From assembly GCA_040437565.1 (NCBI GenBank), contig JBDOQK010000018.1, positions 372,067 to 436,000 on the forward strand: a DNA stretch of 63,934 nucleotides, written 5' to 3'. A program made the translations under genes and the position numbers. Numbering within the stretch: position 1 is the stretch's first letter; each line of letters opens with the position of its first letter. The notes below the pieces were generated by a model. The model made no database searches. It was not told where the DNA came from and saw only the letters and a program-made list of their open reading frames with translations. Of the stretch, positions 40,435 to 53,268 are shown one piece after another. The stretch comes from Albugo candida. Its lineage: Eukaryota.

Positions 40435-41829
40435 TGACCGCCTATGATTTAGAACTAGTTGAGCTTTTACACGTTGAATAGTTTCCTTCACAATCGAATA
40501 GGATCCATCTGAATTCTGTACTCTGAGGAAAGGCCGATTTGTCAAATACTCCCAAATGTAATATTTCTGGCTCGATAGAAATATACACCGCGTGACGCTG
40601 GAATAATACGCGCTGCCGAATGGGGAATACGTGCTCACGTAGTGGGGTATTTATCAATATCTGACATCATTGTAATCATCATCACACTCTAATACTCATA
40701 ATTATCAAGTCGCAAGTTATCGCAGATGCCGATCGAGTGTATACTCACACAACGTACGACAACTTTCTGTCACTAATATGTTTAATGAGTCAATCTTTAG
40801 TTATCAGGAGCAATTGCGAAGAAGTCACATGTCAAGAGGTCGGTGGTCGGTCCCAGGGTTTGAAGGAAGTGTGGATCTCGATACATTAGTCGATGCACCT
40901 TCACCGCCAGCACGCANNNNNNNNNNNNNNNNNNNNNNNNNNNNNNNNNNNNNNNNNNNNNNNNNNNNNNNNNNNNNNNNNNNNNNNNNNNNNNNNNNNN
41001 NNNNNNNNNNNNNNNNGGTATCAACAACGAGGAAAGAAGGTTCTCGTCGTGCTTCACAAGCGCCACATGTCTGCGGATCGAATTCCAGAAGCATATGCTC
41101 CAATCTTAAAAGACTGGCTATCTTCACAAACAATGTACAACTGCTTGCCCGGAAACAACGATGACTGGTACTGGCTATATGCTGCCGTGCAAGGAAGAGA
41201 TGGCGCTTATCTCGTATCGAATGATGAGATGCGCGATCATCATTTTCAAATGATACAGAACGAAACATTTGGGTTGTGGAAGGAACGCCACCAAGTACGG
41301 TTTAGTGTCAGCGAACACCATTTACGGGTTGAAGAACCAAGTCCGTACTCCAAAAGGATGCAATCCTTGGATAGTGTTTGGTACTTTCCCAACACACACG
41401 ACTCGGAGTGGCTGTGCTGCAAGCTAGAATCATAATGACCGCCTATGATTTAGAACTAGTTGAGCTTTTACACGTTGAATAGTTTCCTTCACAATCGAAT
41501 AGGATCCATCTGAATTCTGTACTCTGAGGAAAGGCCGATTTGTCAAATACTCCCAAATGTAATATTTCTGGCTCGATAGAAATATACACCGCGTGACGCT
41601 GGAATAATACGCGCTGCCGAATGGGGAATACGTGCTCACGTAGTGGGGTATTTATCAATATCTGACATCATTGTAATCATCATCACACTCTAATACTCAT
41701 AATTATCAAGTCGCAAGTTATCGCAGATGCCGATCGAGTGTATACTCACACAACGTACGACAACTTTCTGTCACTAATATGTTTAATGAGTCAATCTTTA
41801 GTTATCAGGAGCAATTGCGAAGAAGTCAC

Positions 41830-42975
41830 ATGTCAAGAGGTCGGTGGTCGGTCCCAGGGTTTGAAGGAAGTGTGGATCTCGATACATTAGTCGATGCACC
41901 TTCACCGCCAGCACGCAAAGGCACATTGCGAGTGTGCGTGTTAGCAACAGGAATCAGATTCAGCTCTTCCTCACTATCTGTCTAGATCACAAGATGATTC
42001 GCTTGTACAAGAGACAACCAAAACCACGTTGGAGTCTTTAAATCGCTTCGGTGATCGTAATCTTCCACGCGATTCCATTACCAGAGATAAAGGGTGAGTG
42101 AGCCCCCTATAAATCTTCATTAATGTGCGGCATTGAGTTCGCATTTTCATCGTATAGAAATGGGTCATTTTTTGGACGCAAGAAAAAAAATCGAAGGGGA
42201 GTATCGAAACGAAGCAATTCAAAAAACCTTCAACGACAATATCTTTTTGATTTCCAATTAGAGAATTGTGATCATGGATTGCATCGAAATGACTCTGTTG
42301 AAATTTTAGATTTTGATAGCGATTTGATTTTAGGAAGTCCACCGGATTCTCCATCAGTAATCCACGCTCGATGGGGCGAACCGGTAGAAGATCCCGAACA
42401 AATGAACACATGTATGGATTTTGTTCCTAATCCATTCAAGCTTGGATTTTGTGTGAATTGCCAAAAACAACATGATGTAACGTCGACCGGAGACGTTGTC
42501 TTTACGAAAGAATTCAAAAAAATTTGCCGACCGACTGTGTCGAAAACGGCAGCTAATGCACTTGACAATCCTGCAGCTCTGAACAGCATGCTACTTGATA
42601 ATCAACGCGAATCGGATGTAGATCTCGCGTTGATCTTAAGGCAGCGAAGGGATATTTTGCTAAGATTAAAGCGTATTGAACAAGACCGAAAAGTATCGAA
42701 GCCCACAAGCAAACGAGGTACGTAGCTGGTCAAGATGATACATCATGACATTATAGTTTTTTATGACTATAGCACAGTCTCGGAGTATGTACGTGCGAGA
42801 AAGTAATGAGTCATCCACCAAACTGCGCATGCTCGCTAGCTCTAGGGAGCATGATACCGGAGCTGAAATCACTCCTGAATCATCCATTGCGACACGAACG
42901 ACCGCATCGCGAAGCTTTTGTGCGGCAAAGGTGATGAGAAATCAGGATGGACGACTTGATAGTGTATGGTTGTGA
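41830..42975 (+). CDS. Hypothetical protein with a C-x2-F-x-PN-x-FK-x3-C-x2-C-x3-H motif; multi-exon
   Basis: Exons MSRGRWSVPG..., 42123-42725 (CMDFVPNPFKLGFCVNCQKQH) and 42763-42975 (...DGRLDSVWL*). The 5' part is duplicated at 40829-40916. Confidence 0.6.
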
Positions 42976-44044
42976 GGCGTTGCTTTGATTTACACAAACT
43001 GTAAATTACTCAATAATATAACATGGTGAGTCTGGTCGTGCGTAAACTACAGAATATGTCAACATTATTAGTACAGGAGCTTTGGGTGTCAGCGAGTTTA
43101 TAAGATGCAGATGCCAAGCCGAAATTTACAGTTCAACTACGGTATACCCCGCGTGAATGACGCAAATTCTTTATTTATTCATGAAGCACTATAACTCTAA
43201 CTTTCCAGTTGACTTGACATCTAATCATGATTGTCAGAAGACTTAATACTGGGCGTTAGATAAAGCCCTATCACCTGAGCGTACAAGAGACAGACTGTAC
43301 GGTACAGCGACTTGATTTGACATATATCTTAGGCTCGCAATGCAATTGAAAAACCAACTAGAAAGTTGTTTCTTGAAAAAGCATACTTCCCTCGTAAAAA
43401 TGAGAAATGAATGTTGAATTAACACACTTGATGAAATATCAGTAGCATCAAATGATTAGTAAGTTGCCGAAATTCATCACCGTACTTACTTTGTGGATGC
43501 TGTTGACTTGCGTTCTCGACGAGTAAACTAGGACCCTTGTCAAATCTAAGAAGTCTATGGAGTCAGAAGTTGCAAGCCATAGCAAGTGGGCTCATGATAA
43601 GTGCGTATATATTTCGGAAAGTATTACCACATCACAAGGAACATATCTTTGCTATACTCGAAAATGATAGAAATGGCGAGTTAAGTCCGCGCAAGAAATA
43701 AACAATGGCAAGGTATTTCACGTCACATTCCCGTAGTGGTCCAAGCTGGTCATTGAATGCGCCAAGTTACCGTAAGAGCCATGAGGGCCGGCTACATTAT
43801 TCTACTCACTAGCGAAACCCCGGAGATCGACATTCGAGCAAAATCTGCATTTCACCGTTCTTTGATGAAAAACATTATAGTAAGAATAAAATGCGACCTT
43901 GCTAAGTATCATCCAAAGCAAAGGTTTGCCCCTTGTTGCCCCTTGAACAGATGGTACAGCAAAGAAGACTTTTCACGTAAAATCGAGACTGGAAATACAT
44001 TGATTATGCAATTTCTTTTTCTCTTGTAGACTATGCTACTCTTT

Positions 44045-45716
44045 TCATTGTCTACATCTTTCCCATATTTCTGCCTTTAAAAAGCCTTGCGAACGAAGCT
44101 TACTTCCAAGAAGCTTGCGCAGCTCGAATATAATCAACCCAAGCAGAATGACAGTGAGGAAAACAGTAGCAAAAGTCCATGTAGAATAATCAGGCTTTTG
44201 ATTGTTAATTGTCTTAGTAGCCGGCAGTAGAAGACGCTTTGATTGGATTGCAAGTGGTCTAGTGCGTTTGGTCTCCAACAAAGCTGTTTTTTCGATGCAA
44301 CATGCATCATAAGCGTCTTTCGTAGACCACCAATACAAGCTACAAAGAGCTTTTGCATAGCATTCATAGGTCTCGCACGCTTGCTTCAACACAGGCGATT
44401 GTGCTTTCGAGTACCATCGATACTTCTCAATCATCTTGAAGTCGTTTTCTATCTCAGTGGCCCAGCTTTTCCAGCTTTTTGATGATAGATCCATGAGGTT
44501 ATACGCTCTACAGAAACGACCAGGAGTTATCACGTAAGCCAGTGATGACGATTATGATACTCTTACTTTGTAGCGCGAAATAAAGCCTTCCAATTGTAAT
44601 ATGGCTCTTTATCATTGATATCTGTACCGTGAAGAACGAAGTCACACAACTCATACGATGTCGGATCATATTCCCATACAATGAATGCCGGGTTATTATT
44701 ATATCTTGGAGATAGGGCCGTGGTAATGAACAAGGGAGGAAAATTTCCATCGGGGGAGAACCGTACTTCATTTCTATGCAAGTGTCCAAAGAGTTGTGCT
44801 CTGATAATGTCACTGTAATCTTTGATGATTTCTTTATACATTTCGATATATTCAACCTTCCACTGATTTTCTTCGACGTGTGAATCTAAACTCGGTGGTA
44901 TATGCCCACATAAGAATGCTACTTGGTTTCTTCTTTTCATTTCCTTGAGCTCATCTTTCAGCCATTTAAATTGTCCAAGTGGATCATCTAAATTAAGTGA
45001 TTGGGGCTCGTGATATATTAAGTAAACAGCCGTATTTAACGTGATCACCACCAATCTGTTATCAACTGGGTAAGCTACGTATCCATGTAGTTTGAACTGT
45101 TTCATGTCTTTATCCGTTATTGTGTCTTTCCAGGCACCAGCTATTTTAACTACGGTCGAAATTTCCTCCCCTTCTCCAGGAATGTCCATATAATAACTTG
45201 GGGCTATGTGAGTGCATGAGTTAGTTACATACATAAGATCGTTTCTATGCACTTGCTTGCATCATTATTTCCGATCATTGAGGTAACCCACACTGAATTC
45301 TTGTAGTAGTGATGCATTCTTTGAATATTTATTGTGACCCTTTCAATAACGTGTTCCAGGTCAGCAAAATCGGGAAAGACTGGATGGGAGTTGCTATCAC
45401 CGGTGTATAAAAAGATATCTGGCTTTTCCATGAAACCTTTTGCGTACTTCAATGCCTCTTCGATGAGTTCGAGTGGGGCATCTTTTCCGTAAACTGGCCT
45501 AATTAGCTCATGGTCGGGTTCTGACGTACGATTGCCTTCTAACGCATCAGCGCCTTTTGACACATCGTTGCTTTTTGATTTATCATTGTTCATACTGGTG
45601 TAATTCAAATGATTGTCTGAGAAATGCAAGATATATTTTTTACGAACTGTAAATGAGTTTTTCTTCTTGCTACATGGCCCATGGTTTGAGGATGCACCTT
45701 TCCGATTCATTCTCAT
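44045..45716 (-). CDS. Acid sphingomyelinase/Ppn1-like calcineurin-type metallophosphoesterase, paralog 1; 3 exons; C-terminal TM
   Basis: HFSDNH, YTGDSNSH, GNND, ITLNT, DPLGQFKWL, CGHIPP, LFGHLH, AISP-like ALSP..NNPAF. Introns at 45204-45256 (GC-AG) and 44508-44566. Confidence 0.85.
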
Positions 45717-45727
45717 TCGTGGTCGAT

Positions 45728-45744
45728 CAAATTTGATAATGAAC
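45728..45744 (-). promoter_or_regulatory. Oomycete INR+FPR core promoter of paralog 1
   Basis: Minus strand GTTCATTATCAAATTTG, ending 11 bp before the ATG; resembles the oomycete GCTCATTYYNCAWTTT consensus. Confidence 0.55.
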
Positions 45745-45976
45745 TCCTATAGTGTTTATAACGAGTGTAATAGTCGACTCAGTTTATAATGGGAAATGTG
45801 GCAGCACATCCGCCCCGTCTAACTTCGAGTGAGTAGATATAGGTATTTATATAAAAAAGGCTGCAATAGAACAGGGCTAGGTAGCGAAAAGGACTTGCGA
45901 CACGCGGTGGCAAAACAGGGTGCGGTGAGGAGAATTAACTAGCGTAAAAACCAGACGAGATGATGCTTCCGTTCAT

Positions 45977-46580
45977 CTGCAATGATGCATGACTGCGTGA
46001 TTCCTGTAGAGCTGGCAAGCACTTCATATCAAATGAGGCTGACATTGAATCAAAGTAGAGCATTCAATTTCTTGTCTGTATTGATAAAAACGGTAATAAG
46101 GCCGATCGCGAAGTAAGCAGAGCATTGGTGTCATTTTTATGTAACAACGAATTGCACGACATACGACACGTAATGGCAACATTACATTTGTTAGAATAGG
46201 GTACGGTGAGGATGGTGAGTGAACAAGCCTGCATAGAACCAAATTTGACGCTGCTTTCGTTCACCTGCAGTGATGCATGACTGCGTGAATCCTGTAGAGC
46301 TGGCAAGCACTTCGTATTAAATGAGACTGACATTGAATCAAAGCAGAGCATTCATTCTCTTGTCTGCATTGATAAAAACGGTGATAAGGTCGATCGCGAA
46401 GTAAGCAGAGCATTGGTGTCATTTTTATGCAACAACGAATTGCACGACATACGACATGTGCTGACAACATTACATTTGTTAAAATAGGGTACGGTGAGGA
46501 TGGTGAGTGAACAAGCCTGCATAGAACCAAATTTGACGCTGCTTTCGTTCACCTGCAATGACGCACGACTGCCCGATTCC
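45977..46580. repeat. Direct tandem repeat, 288-bp unit, two copies plus the start of a third
   Basis: The unit start CTGCA(A/G)TGA(T/C)GCA(T/C)GACTGC recurs at 45977, 46265 and 46553, exactly 288 bp apart. A related segment is at ~61320-61450. Confidence 0.9.
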
Positions 46581-47129
46581 TGAATGGATTGCAATGCACC
46601 ATGTGTGTAGCTCTATCGCTAGAGTTGTTCTCTACCTCGCCTTTGATGTCCCGAATTGAGAGACCATCCATCCACAAACCAGCCTCTCTAAAAACTGCTG
46701 GCAAGTTACCACCAACGCGCTTCATGAAGTGCCTAGTGAGATTTGTATCTAGCAGCAATTGGCAAGCTCCTCGAGAATGACAGGCCGTGTAATTATTACG
46801 GAAGTGGTACCTCAGCCTCGTACCATCGTGGCTTTGCTTCCGTCTCTACTTGACCCAACGAAGGTTCTACAACAGCGCACATTGTCACACTCATTGTCAG
46901 CGTTGTCAACGCCTTGCAGCTGCTAATAATTGCTGTGCCACTACAGACAAGCGCTTGTGCATACTATGCAGTGTATGCTGCAATTCTTTAATGTGTGTGT
47001 CTATGTCGGATTATCATATAAGCGCGGTTACTTTCTTTAGTCTCCGCTTGGCTAATGGATCACGTTACGAGATTTCCTTCGAAGCAATGCAGTAAATAGC
47101 CTAACTCGCCTAATCCAAGGTAGCGTGAT

Positions 47130-48900
47130 GGTAGTTGGTTCATTTGATTTGAACAGAAGCAATACACGGCCAATATCCAACCGCTTTTTCTATTTAACTC
47201 GTTCATACAGTGAGAGAAGTTTTGAGGAGTCGAAAAAGGTTTATCAGTGTCTCTATTGCTACAAGCTCAGGTACACCACCCTTAAGAACTCTTGGTTACT
47301 TGCAGTAGCTTCATTAACAAGAGTAAACCTCCCGAACCAACCAAGAGTCATCCGATGTCGACACATTGGTCATCATATTACCAAACATTTTGGAGAGTGA
47401 GATGCATGAAGGTGTCCCATGTAACCGTCAAGCTGTCCTTAATCTATCATTGAAGAATTCTCTCGTATGCTTCCCCACCAACAAAGCTGATCCCAAAAAA
47501 ATCACACTAATCAACTCGGAATGTCATTGAGTAAAACGGACGCTTTTTTCGCTGTATATCATTCAAATCTTTCAAGCATATCCAGCTCATTCCTGACTGA
47601 TGGATAGATAGATACATCTTCAAACAGTCAGGTGTGAACGTTTATGTGCAAACGCCAAACTAGGCTCGATCAGGAATATTTCGGACAATATGGATTCTTG
47701 AAGAAGAGCTAACTACGGCCGCTACGATCCTACAATACAAAATCCTTAAATCATCAGACAGAGTTCAAGTATAATAGTTGAGTTTGATGTACGATCCTTT
47801 TATTGTGTTATCGAGCTCCAAGCCGCAAATGGGCTCCTCCTGTGAAGTAAACAAGTGTTGCATGAGGTCCGCTAGCAATCAGAATTCAATACCGTATTGA
47901 CTGGTAGTGCTAATGTCACAATTATCACTACCGATCGGATCCTCAGCTACCATTAAATGGATCATTAACAGGATGCGATAAAACGCGTTTTGTCCCGATA
48001 ATTGCCACGCACAGATCGCATTGATTCATCCAACACAACACAGAAGCATCTAAAACAGCCAAACAACGCGCTATCACCAACAGAGGTAGAATCGACGGGT
48101 TTTGTAAAAACAACAAGCGCCTTCATATCCTCTTCTCGTCAGGTTGCGATAATTTTTTAATTGTACTCAGTTCGGGAAACCAATCTACAATGTAGCCAAC
48201 ATTTTTGAATTGCTTGCGTAAAAAAGCGATGTTTCGCAAAAATCTGACACATTGGAAGTGCTTGATAGGCATAAATATTTTACTAGGAAATCAATACGAC
48301 ATCAATAATAGCGAGAACGTGTTCGGCATTATCTCAGCTGAGTAATTTCTGGCTCACATTCTCCTCATTTTGCAATTCTATAATGGCACGGCTGGTCCAA
48401 GTCATGGAGAAGAGCGTGCACCCGTAATCTTTTTGATTACGTGGTCGAAAAAATTTTTCAGCCCAATAAACCAGTGCGTAACGCCTTTCTTCCGTTCCTC
48501 GTCCACTAACTTGATACCAGTACCTGGTAGAGATACTTGGAGGAGCAACGGACAAACTCATTTGACATTTTGAGCGCTTGGATCTATCCGACTGGAAGTG
48601 TCTGGCAAAATAGCCATAGCAGCACAAAAGAGGGCTAAAGATGATCAGAAGGTGGCGTGCAAATATATAGGAGCTATCGAAGGAATAACAGAGACTCAAT
48701 CGACTCATGAGATGATCATTGAGATGACAGAACGAGAAGTAAACACTAGCTAATAACCCATGTTCTTGCGTGGATGATACACTCAGCCTTTATGCTGGAG
48801 AATGTGTGCGGTGTCGATGAACAAGATATCAAGAACGAAAGCTACTTAGGCAAATTCTTAGATATGAACATTGGAATGGATGTTGTGGGTAGTAGTGGAA
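47130..48900. repeat. Diverged segmental duplicate (3' flank of paralog 2), paralogous to ~56960-58990
   Basis: Collinear shared words: GCTACGATCCTAC, AACAAGTGTTGCATG, CAGCCAAACAACGCGCTATC, CATGGAGAAGAGCGT, GTGCGGTGTCGATGAA. Confidence 0.8.
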
Positions 48901-49170
48901 GGGAGCAAAGCCCAACAGCGTTTCCTTGTTCAGTATTAATTCGCTAGAGATCGTGACATATGGAGCGAAATGTGCATTACACTGCACTACCACAAATCTC
49001 ATTGGATAACGTATTCGAATAGCGACCTTGGCGACTTTCATCCATAGCAAGCGGTTTGTATCCCGAAACATGTGTGACGTCAAGGAAGATTAGTCACGTA
49101 AATTCGATATCTAAAATAATGATTATGCATCTTCTTTTTCTCTTGTCGACTATGCTACTGCTTTGTTTAT

Positions 49171-50847
49171 CTACATCTTTCCCATTTTTCTGCCTTTGAC
49201 CCACCTCGTATACGAAGGTTTGATTCCGATTATCCTGCGCAACCCAAATGAAGTCATCCCAAGTAGGATGACAGCCAAGAAAACCGTAACAAGAGCCCAC
49301 ACGATGGAGTAATCAGAGTTCTGGTTGCTTCTTGTCTCAGTAGCCGGCAAGAGAAGACGCATAGATTGAGTTGCAGAAGATTTGCTGCGTTCATATTTTT
49401 TGCGTTCAGCTATTTGTTTGTCTGTTTCAGCTTTTCTATCCAACAAACATTCGGTGAATTCTTCTCCCGTCTTGAACCAATTCAAACTACAAAGAACTCG
49501 GGCCCAACAATTGTTATCAGAGCACTTACCATAAAATTTAGGTGATTGTGCCTTTGAATTCCAATGATAGTTCCTGACTAAATCATTATCCCCATTATTC
49601 GTTTCCATTTTTGTGACCAACTCTCTCAAGCTTCCTAGTGATAGATCCTCGAGACCGTACGCACTAAAATAAACCATGAAATGTTATCGTGTAATTCGGT
49701 GATAACAATTTGATATTCTTACTCTGTAGCGCGGAAGAGAGGCTTGAATGCGACATAGGGATACTCCTTCGTGATATCTGTTCCGTGAAGAACGAAGTCG
49801 GTCAACTCATATGTTGTCGGATTATATTCCCATATGATGAATGCTGGGTTATTGAGATACTTTGGAGATATTGCCGTGGTAATGAATAAGGGAGGAAGAC
49901 TTTTTTCAAAGGATAATCGTACTTCATTACTATGCAGGTGACCAAAAAGTTGAGCTTTTATAACGTCACCGTAGGATTCGACAATCGATATATACTTTTG
50001 GATATAATCGCTCAACCATTGTAATTTTCCTTTGTATGAACCAACACTCGGTGGAACGTGCCCACATATATATGCTACTTTACCTTCTTCTCTCAGTTTA
50101 TCTAGCTCCTTTTCCAACCGCTTAAATTGCCCTAGCGGATCAGCCAATAATTCTTCTCCGCGTCTGTAATTCGTTGCGTAAACAATCGTATTCAATGTGA
50201 TCACCACCAATTTTTCATCAACTGGGTAAGCTACGTATCCATACAGTTTGAGTTGTTCCATCTCTTCATGTGTTAATGTATCTTTCCAAGCATCGGCTAT
50301 TACAGCAATGGTGGTTATTTCTTTCCCCATTTCAGGAATTGGCATATAAAATCCTGGAGCTTTGTGATTGAATGAATTAGTTACATATTCAAATTCCTCA
50401 CGTGCACCTACTTGAATCGGTATTTCCGATGACGGAGGTAATCCACACGGAATCCTTGTAGTAGCTACGCATTGTCCGAATATTTTTTATCACCCTTTGT
50501 CTAACCTCATGCCGATCCGCATACTTGCCGTGTGGATGGGAATTGCTGTCACCGGTGTATAGAAAGAATGCTGGCTTTTCTATCATGTCTTTTGCGTACT
50601 GCATTGCAATTTCGATTAATTCGAGTGGGGCATCTTCTCCGTAAGCTGGCTGGATAATCTCATGATCGGGAGCTGCCCTATTATTGCTGTCTAACACATA
50701 ATTGTCTTTCGACCCATCATTGCGTTGAGACTCATCTTTGCTTTTCTCTTTGTAATACAAATGATTGTCTGAGAAGTGCACGATATATTTCGTTTTCAAC
50801 GCGGGCTGAGTCTGGTGCAAGAATCCATCTTTATGATCTTTATTCAT
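49171..50847 (-). CDS. Acid sphingomyelinase/Ppn1-like metallophosphoesterase, paralog 2; 3 exons; C-terminal TM
   Basis: HFSDNH, YTGDSNSH, GNTD, DPLGQF, CGHVPP, LFGHLH, AISPKYLNNPAF. Intron positions match paralog 1. TM IVWALVTVFLAVILLGM. Confidence 0.87.
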
Positions 50848-50857
50848 CTTAGTCGAT

Positions 50858-50874
50858 CAGATTTGATAGTGAGC
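50858..50874 (-). promoter_or_regulatory. Oomycete INR+FPR-like core promoter of paralog 2
   Basis: Minus strand GCTCACTATCAAATCTG, ending 10 bp before the ATG, at the position homologous to paralogs 1 and 3. Confidence 0.5.
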
Positions 50875-53139
50875 TTACAAGCATGCTCAAAAAGAGTGTT
50901 CTTACGCAGATACTTGCCCTTACCGCAGACAACGGATCCTTCATAGAATGTTGCGTTCGATTCAATTCAAATCTGCATACAACAGAAAGGCTAGCAACAC
51001 TACAAATATGGAATAGGTAAAATATTGATGATTGGACAATGGAGAGTTAGAGGCGAAAATTTTGATAGGGCTGCGATGTCGCATTTTTCTAAAAAGGGCC
51101 GCGATGTCGCAATTATTCAAAAAGGCTGCAATGTCGAAGGTATGATCTCACTATCAAGGTAGCAAACAACTTGCGACACGTGGTCGCAACAGTACACTTT
51201 ATAAAACAGGGTAGATTGAGGATGGTGTACAATCCTCTAAAGAAGAAGACTAGATGGTGCTTTCGTTCGCCCGCAAATGATGACGACACTGCTCGATTCC
51301 TGTAGAGCTGGTAAGGACTTCGTATTGAATGAGACCGAAAATTAAGAAAAGTAGAATTCCTGACTTCAATTTATGCAGAACGGAACGCAATACTTTCCAA
51401 CGGGGGAAATAATGCATACTGTATGTAATTCTCTGGCTAGAAAGCTTCTTTACATTGCCTTTGACGTGTTGTTAGGAGAGACCATTTATCTACAAATCAA
51501 ACTTTCCTGACCGTCAATCTGCACAAAAAAAAGGAAGCTCATGGACTTCAAAATTGTTGACAGGATGCCACCAATGCGCTGCATGAAATGCCGTGGTGAG
51601 CTGTTGAGGATGACAGGCCATGCGATCGTATCGGGTTTTGTGCTCGATGAAGCCTCGAATAGTAGGAAAAAAAGGTTCATGATAGACACAGTTAACGCCG
51701 CGTAAAAGTTCTCTGAGCCTGTTGTAATCTCAGATGCGGAAGTATTGAGTCTGCCTCGTTCCCATCTTGGCTTTGCTTGGTCTCTACTTGTCCCAACAAA
51801 GATCCCACAGCAGTATACATTGTAGCACTGCTCGGGTGAATGAAAACACAGCAGGATGGGATGTAAGCTGCCAGCCTATCACCTGCGTGTCGGACGAAAC
51901 GAAGATATATCGAGTTCGTAAGCTGCTGGATTATGAAGTATGCCTAGTAGAATCGCCACAAAACATCCCAGCCTGCAAAACTTGACGCAAATTAGCAAAA
52001 ACCATGAACACTCCAAAAAGCAGTTGTAATTAGATTCACTAATATTTTGACTTCACGCTTGCTATATTGCACTCCGTGTTCACTTAGAAGTCCATAAAAG
52101 ATCTTTAGAGATGAGGGCTGTCAATACTGTGGAATGAGCGGAGANNNNNNNNNNNNNNNNNNNNNNNNNNNNNNNNNNNNNNNNNNNNNNNNNNNNNNNN
52201 NNNNNNNNNNNNNNNNNNNNNNNNNNNNNNNNNNNNNNNNNNNNCTGCCAGCCTATCACCTGCGTGTCGGACGAAACGAAGATATATCGAGTTCGTAAGC
52301 TGCTGGATTATGAAGTATGCCTAGTAGAATCGCCACAAAACATCCCAGCCTGCAAAACTTGACGCAAATTAGCAAAAACCATGAACACTCCAAAAAGCAG
52401 TTGTAATTAGATTCACTAATATTTTGACTTCACGCTTGCTATATTGCACTCCGTGTTCACTTAGAAGTCCATAAAAGATCTTTAGAGATGAGGGCTGTCA
52501 ATACTGTGGAATGAGCGGAGATAGCACGCTCTCTCAGGTTGACTTGGAACGTACGCGCACACGTACTATTTAGTATTTCTTACGCCGACTCCTTCTCTGC
52601 ATGCCAACTCCATAAAAGGAAAGAAGCTGTCATAGTATAGGTTATACGAGTCAGTAACACGAGTACACAAGCGCTCTATGGATGACTGCATATCACAGAT
52701 GGATTGACTTGGCTTTGAACGATGATCACAAAGCTGATGCTTACGACAATGTCTTGATAACGGAGACCTTTTGAAAGCACGCCTCATGTAGAGCCACATT
52801 TAGAGGCTCTCAACCAGTGCATACTTCTGACCCAAGAGTTTCTCTAAGCACCACAATCTTCGACGTCATTACGTTGGCAACCAGACGTTACATACGGTTC
52901 CCTTGCATCGCAAAACCGCCTGCTAATGCGTGGTAATTCTCACCACTTTGTATGCATCTACTAACACTATCGGCAACCTCCCCTTAACTATCACGAACGT
53001 TCGCTTGCCGTCTACCACCTGCCCCTTATGCCTCAAGCTGATCCATCGACCCCCAAAATGGTCACTGGGGATTTAAAGCGGTGTCTTCGATCGTTCCTGA
53101 AATGGCAGATACATCACAGCGATTCACGACTTTCATTCA

Positions 53140-53268
53140 GTTGTAGGCTGCATAGCGGGTCGCTTTTTTCACTCTATAAAAACGATATCCCGCGAGCTAA
53201 AATCTGAGAATATCGTCGTCGCGAAAGATGGCCATATTGTCTTCATCGAATCGGAAATTCCCAAATTC
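53140..53268 (+). pseudogene. Decayed protein-kinase fragment (subdomains VIb-VII, AGC-like)
   Basis: 53170-53265 translates to HSIKTISRELKSENIVVAKDGHIVFIESEIPK, compared with the AGC pattern HS.GIIYRDLKPENILL..DGHIKLTDFGL.K. The catalytic Asp and DFG are lost. Confidence 0.5.

Noticed and set aside
41017-41435. Second PRORP NYN-domain gene
   Set aside because: It is an exact copy of 40016-40434 across the 40917 gap, an assembly artefact.
45977-46580. CRISPR-like or regularly spaced array
   Set aside because: The whole 288-bp unit repeats with no unique spacers, the context is eukaryotic, and there are no cas genes.
50849-50944. Upstream ORF MKDPLSAVRASICVRTLFLSMLVSSLSNLID as a signal peptide for paralog 2
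   Set aside because: It ends in a stop before the CDS, overlaps the INR/FPR motif, and is not open in paralogs 1 or 3.
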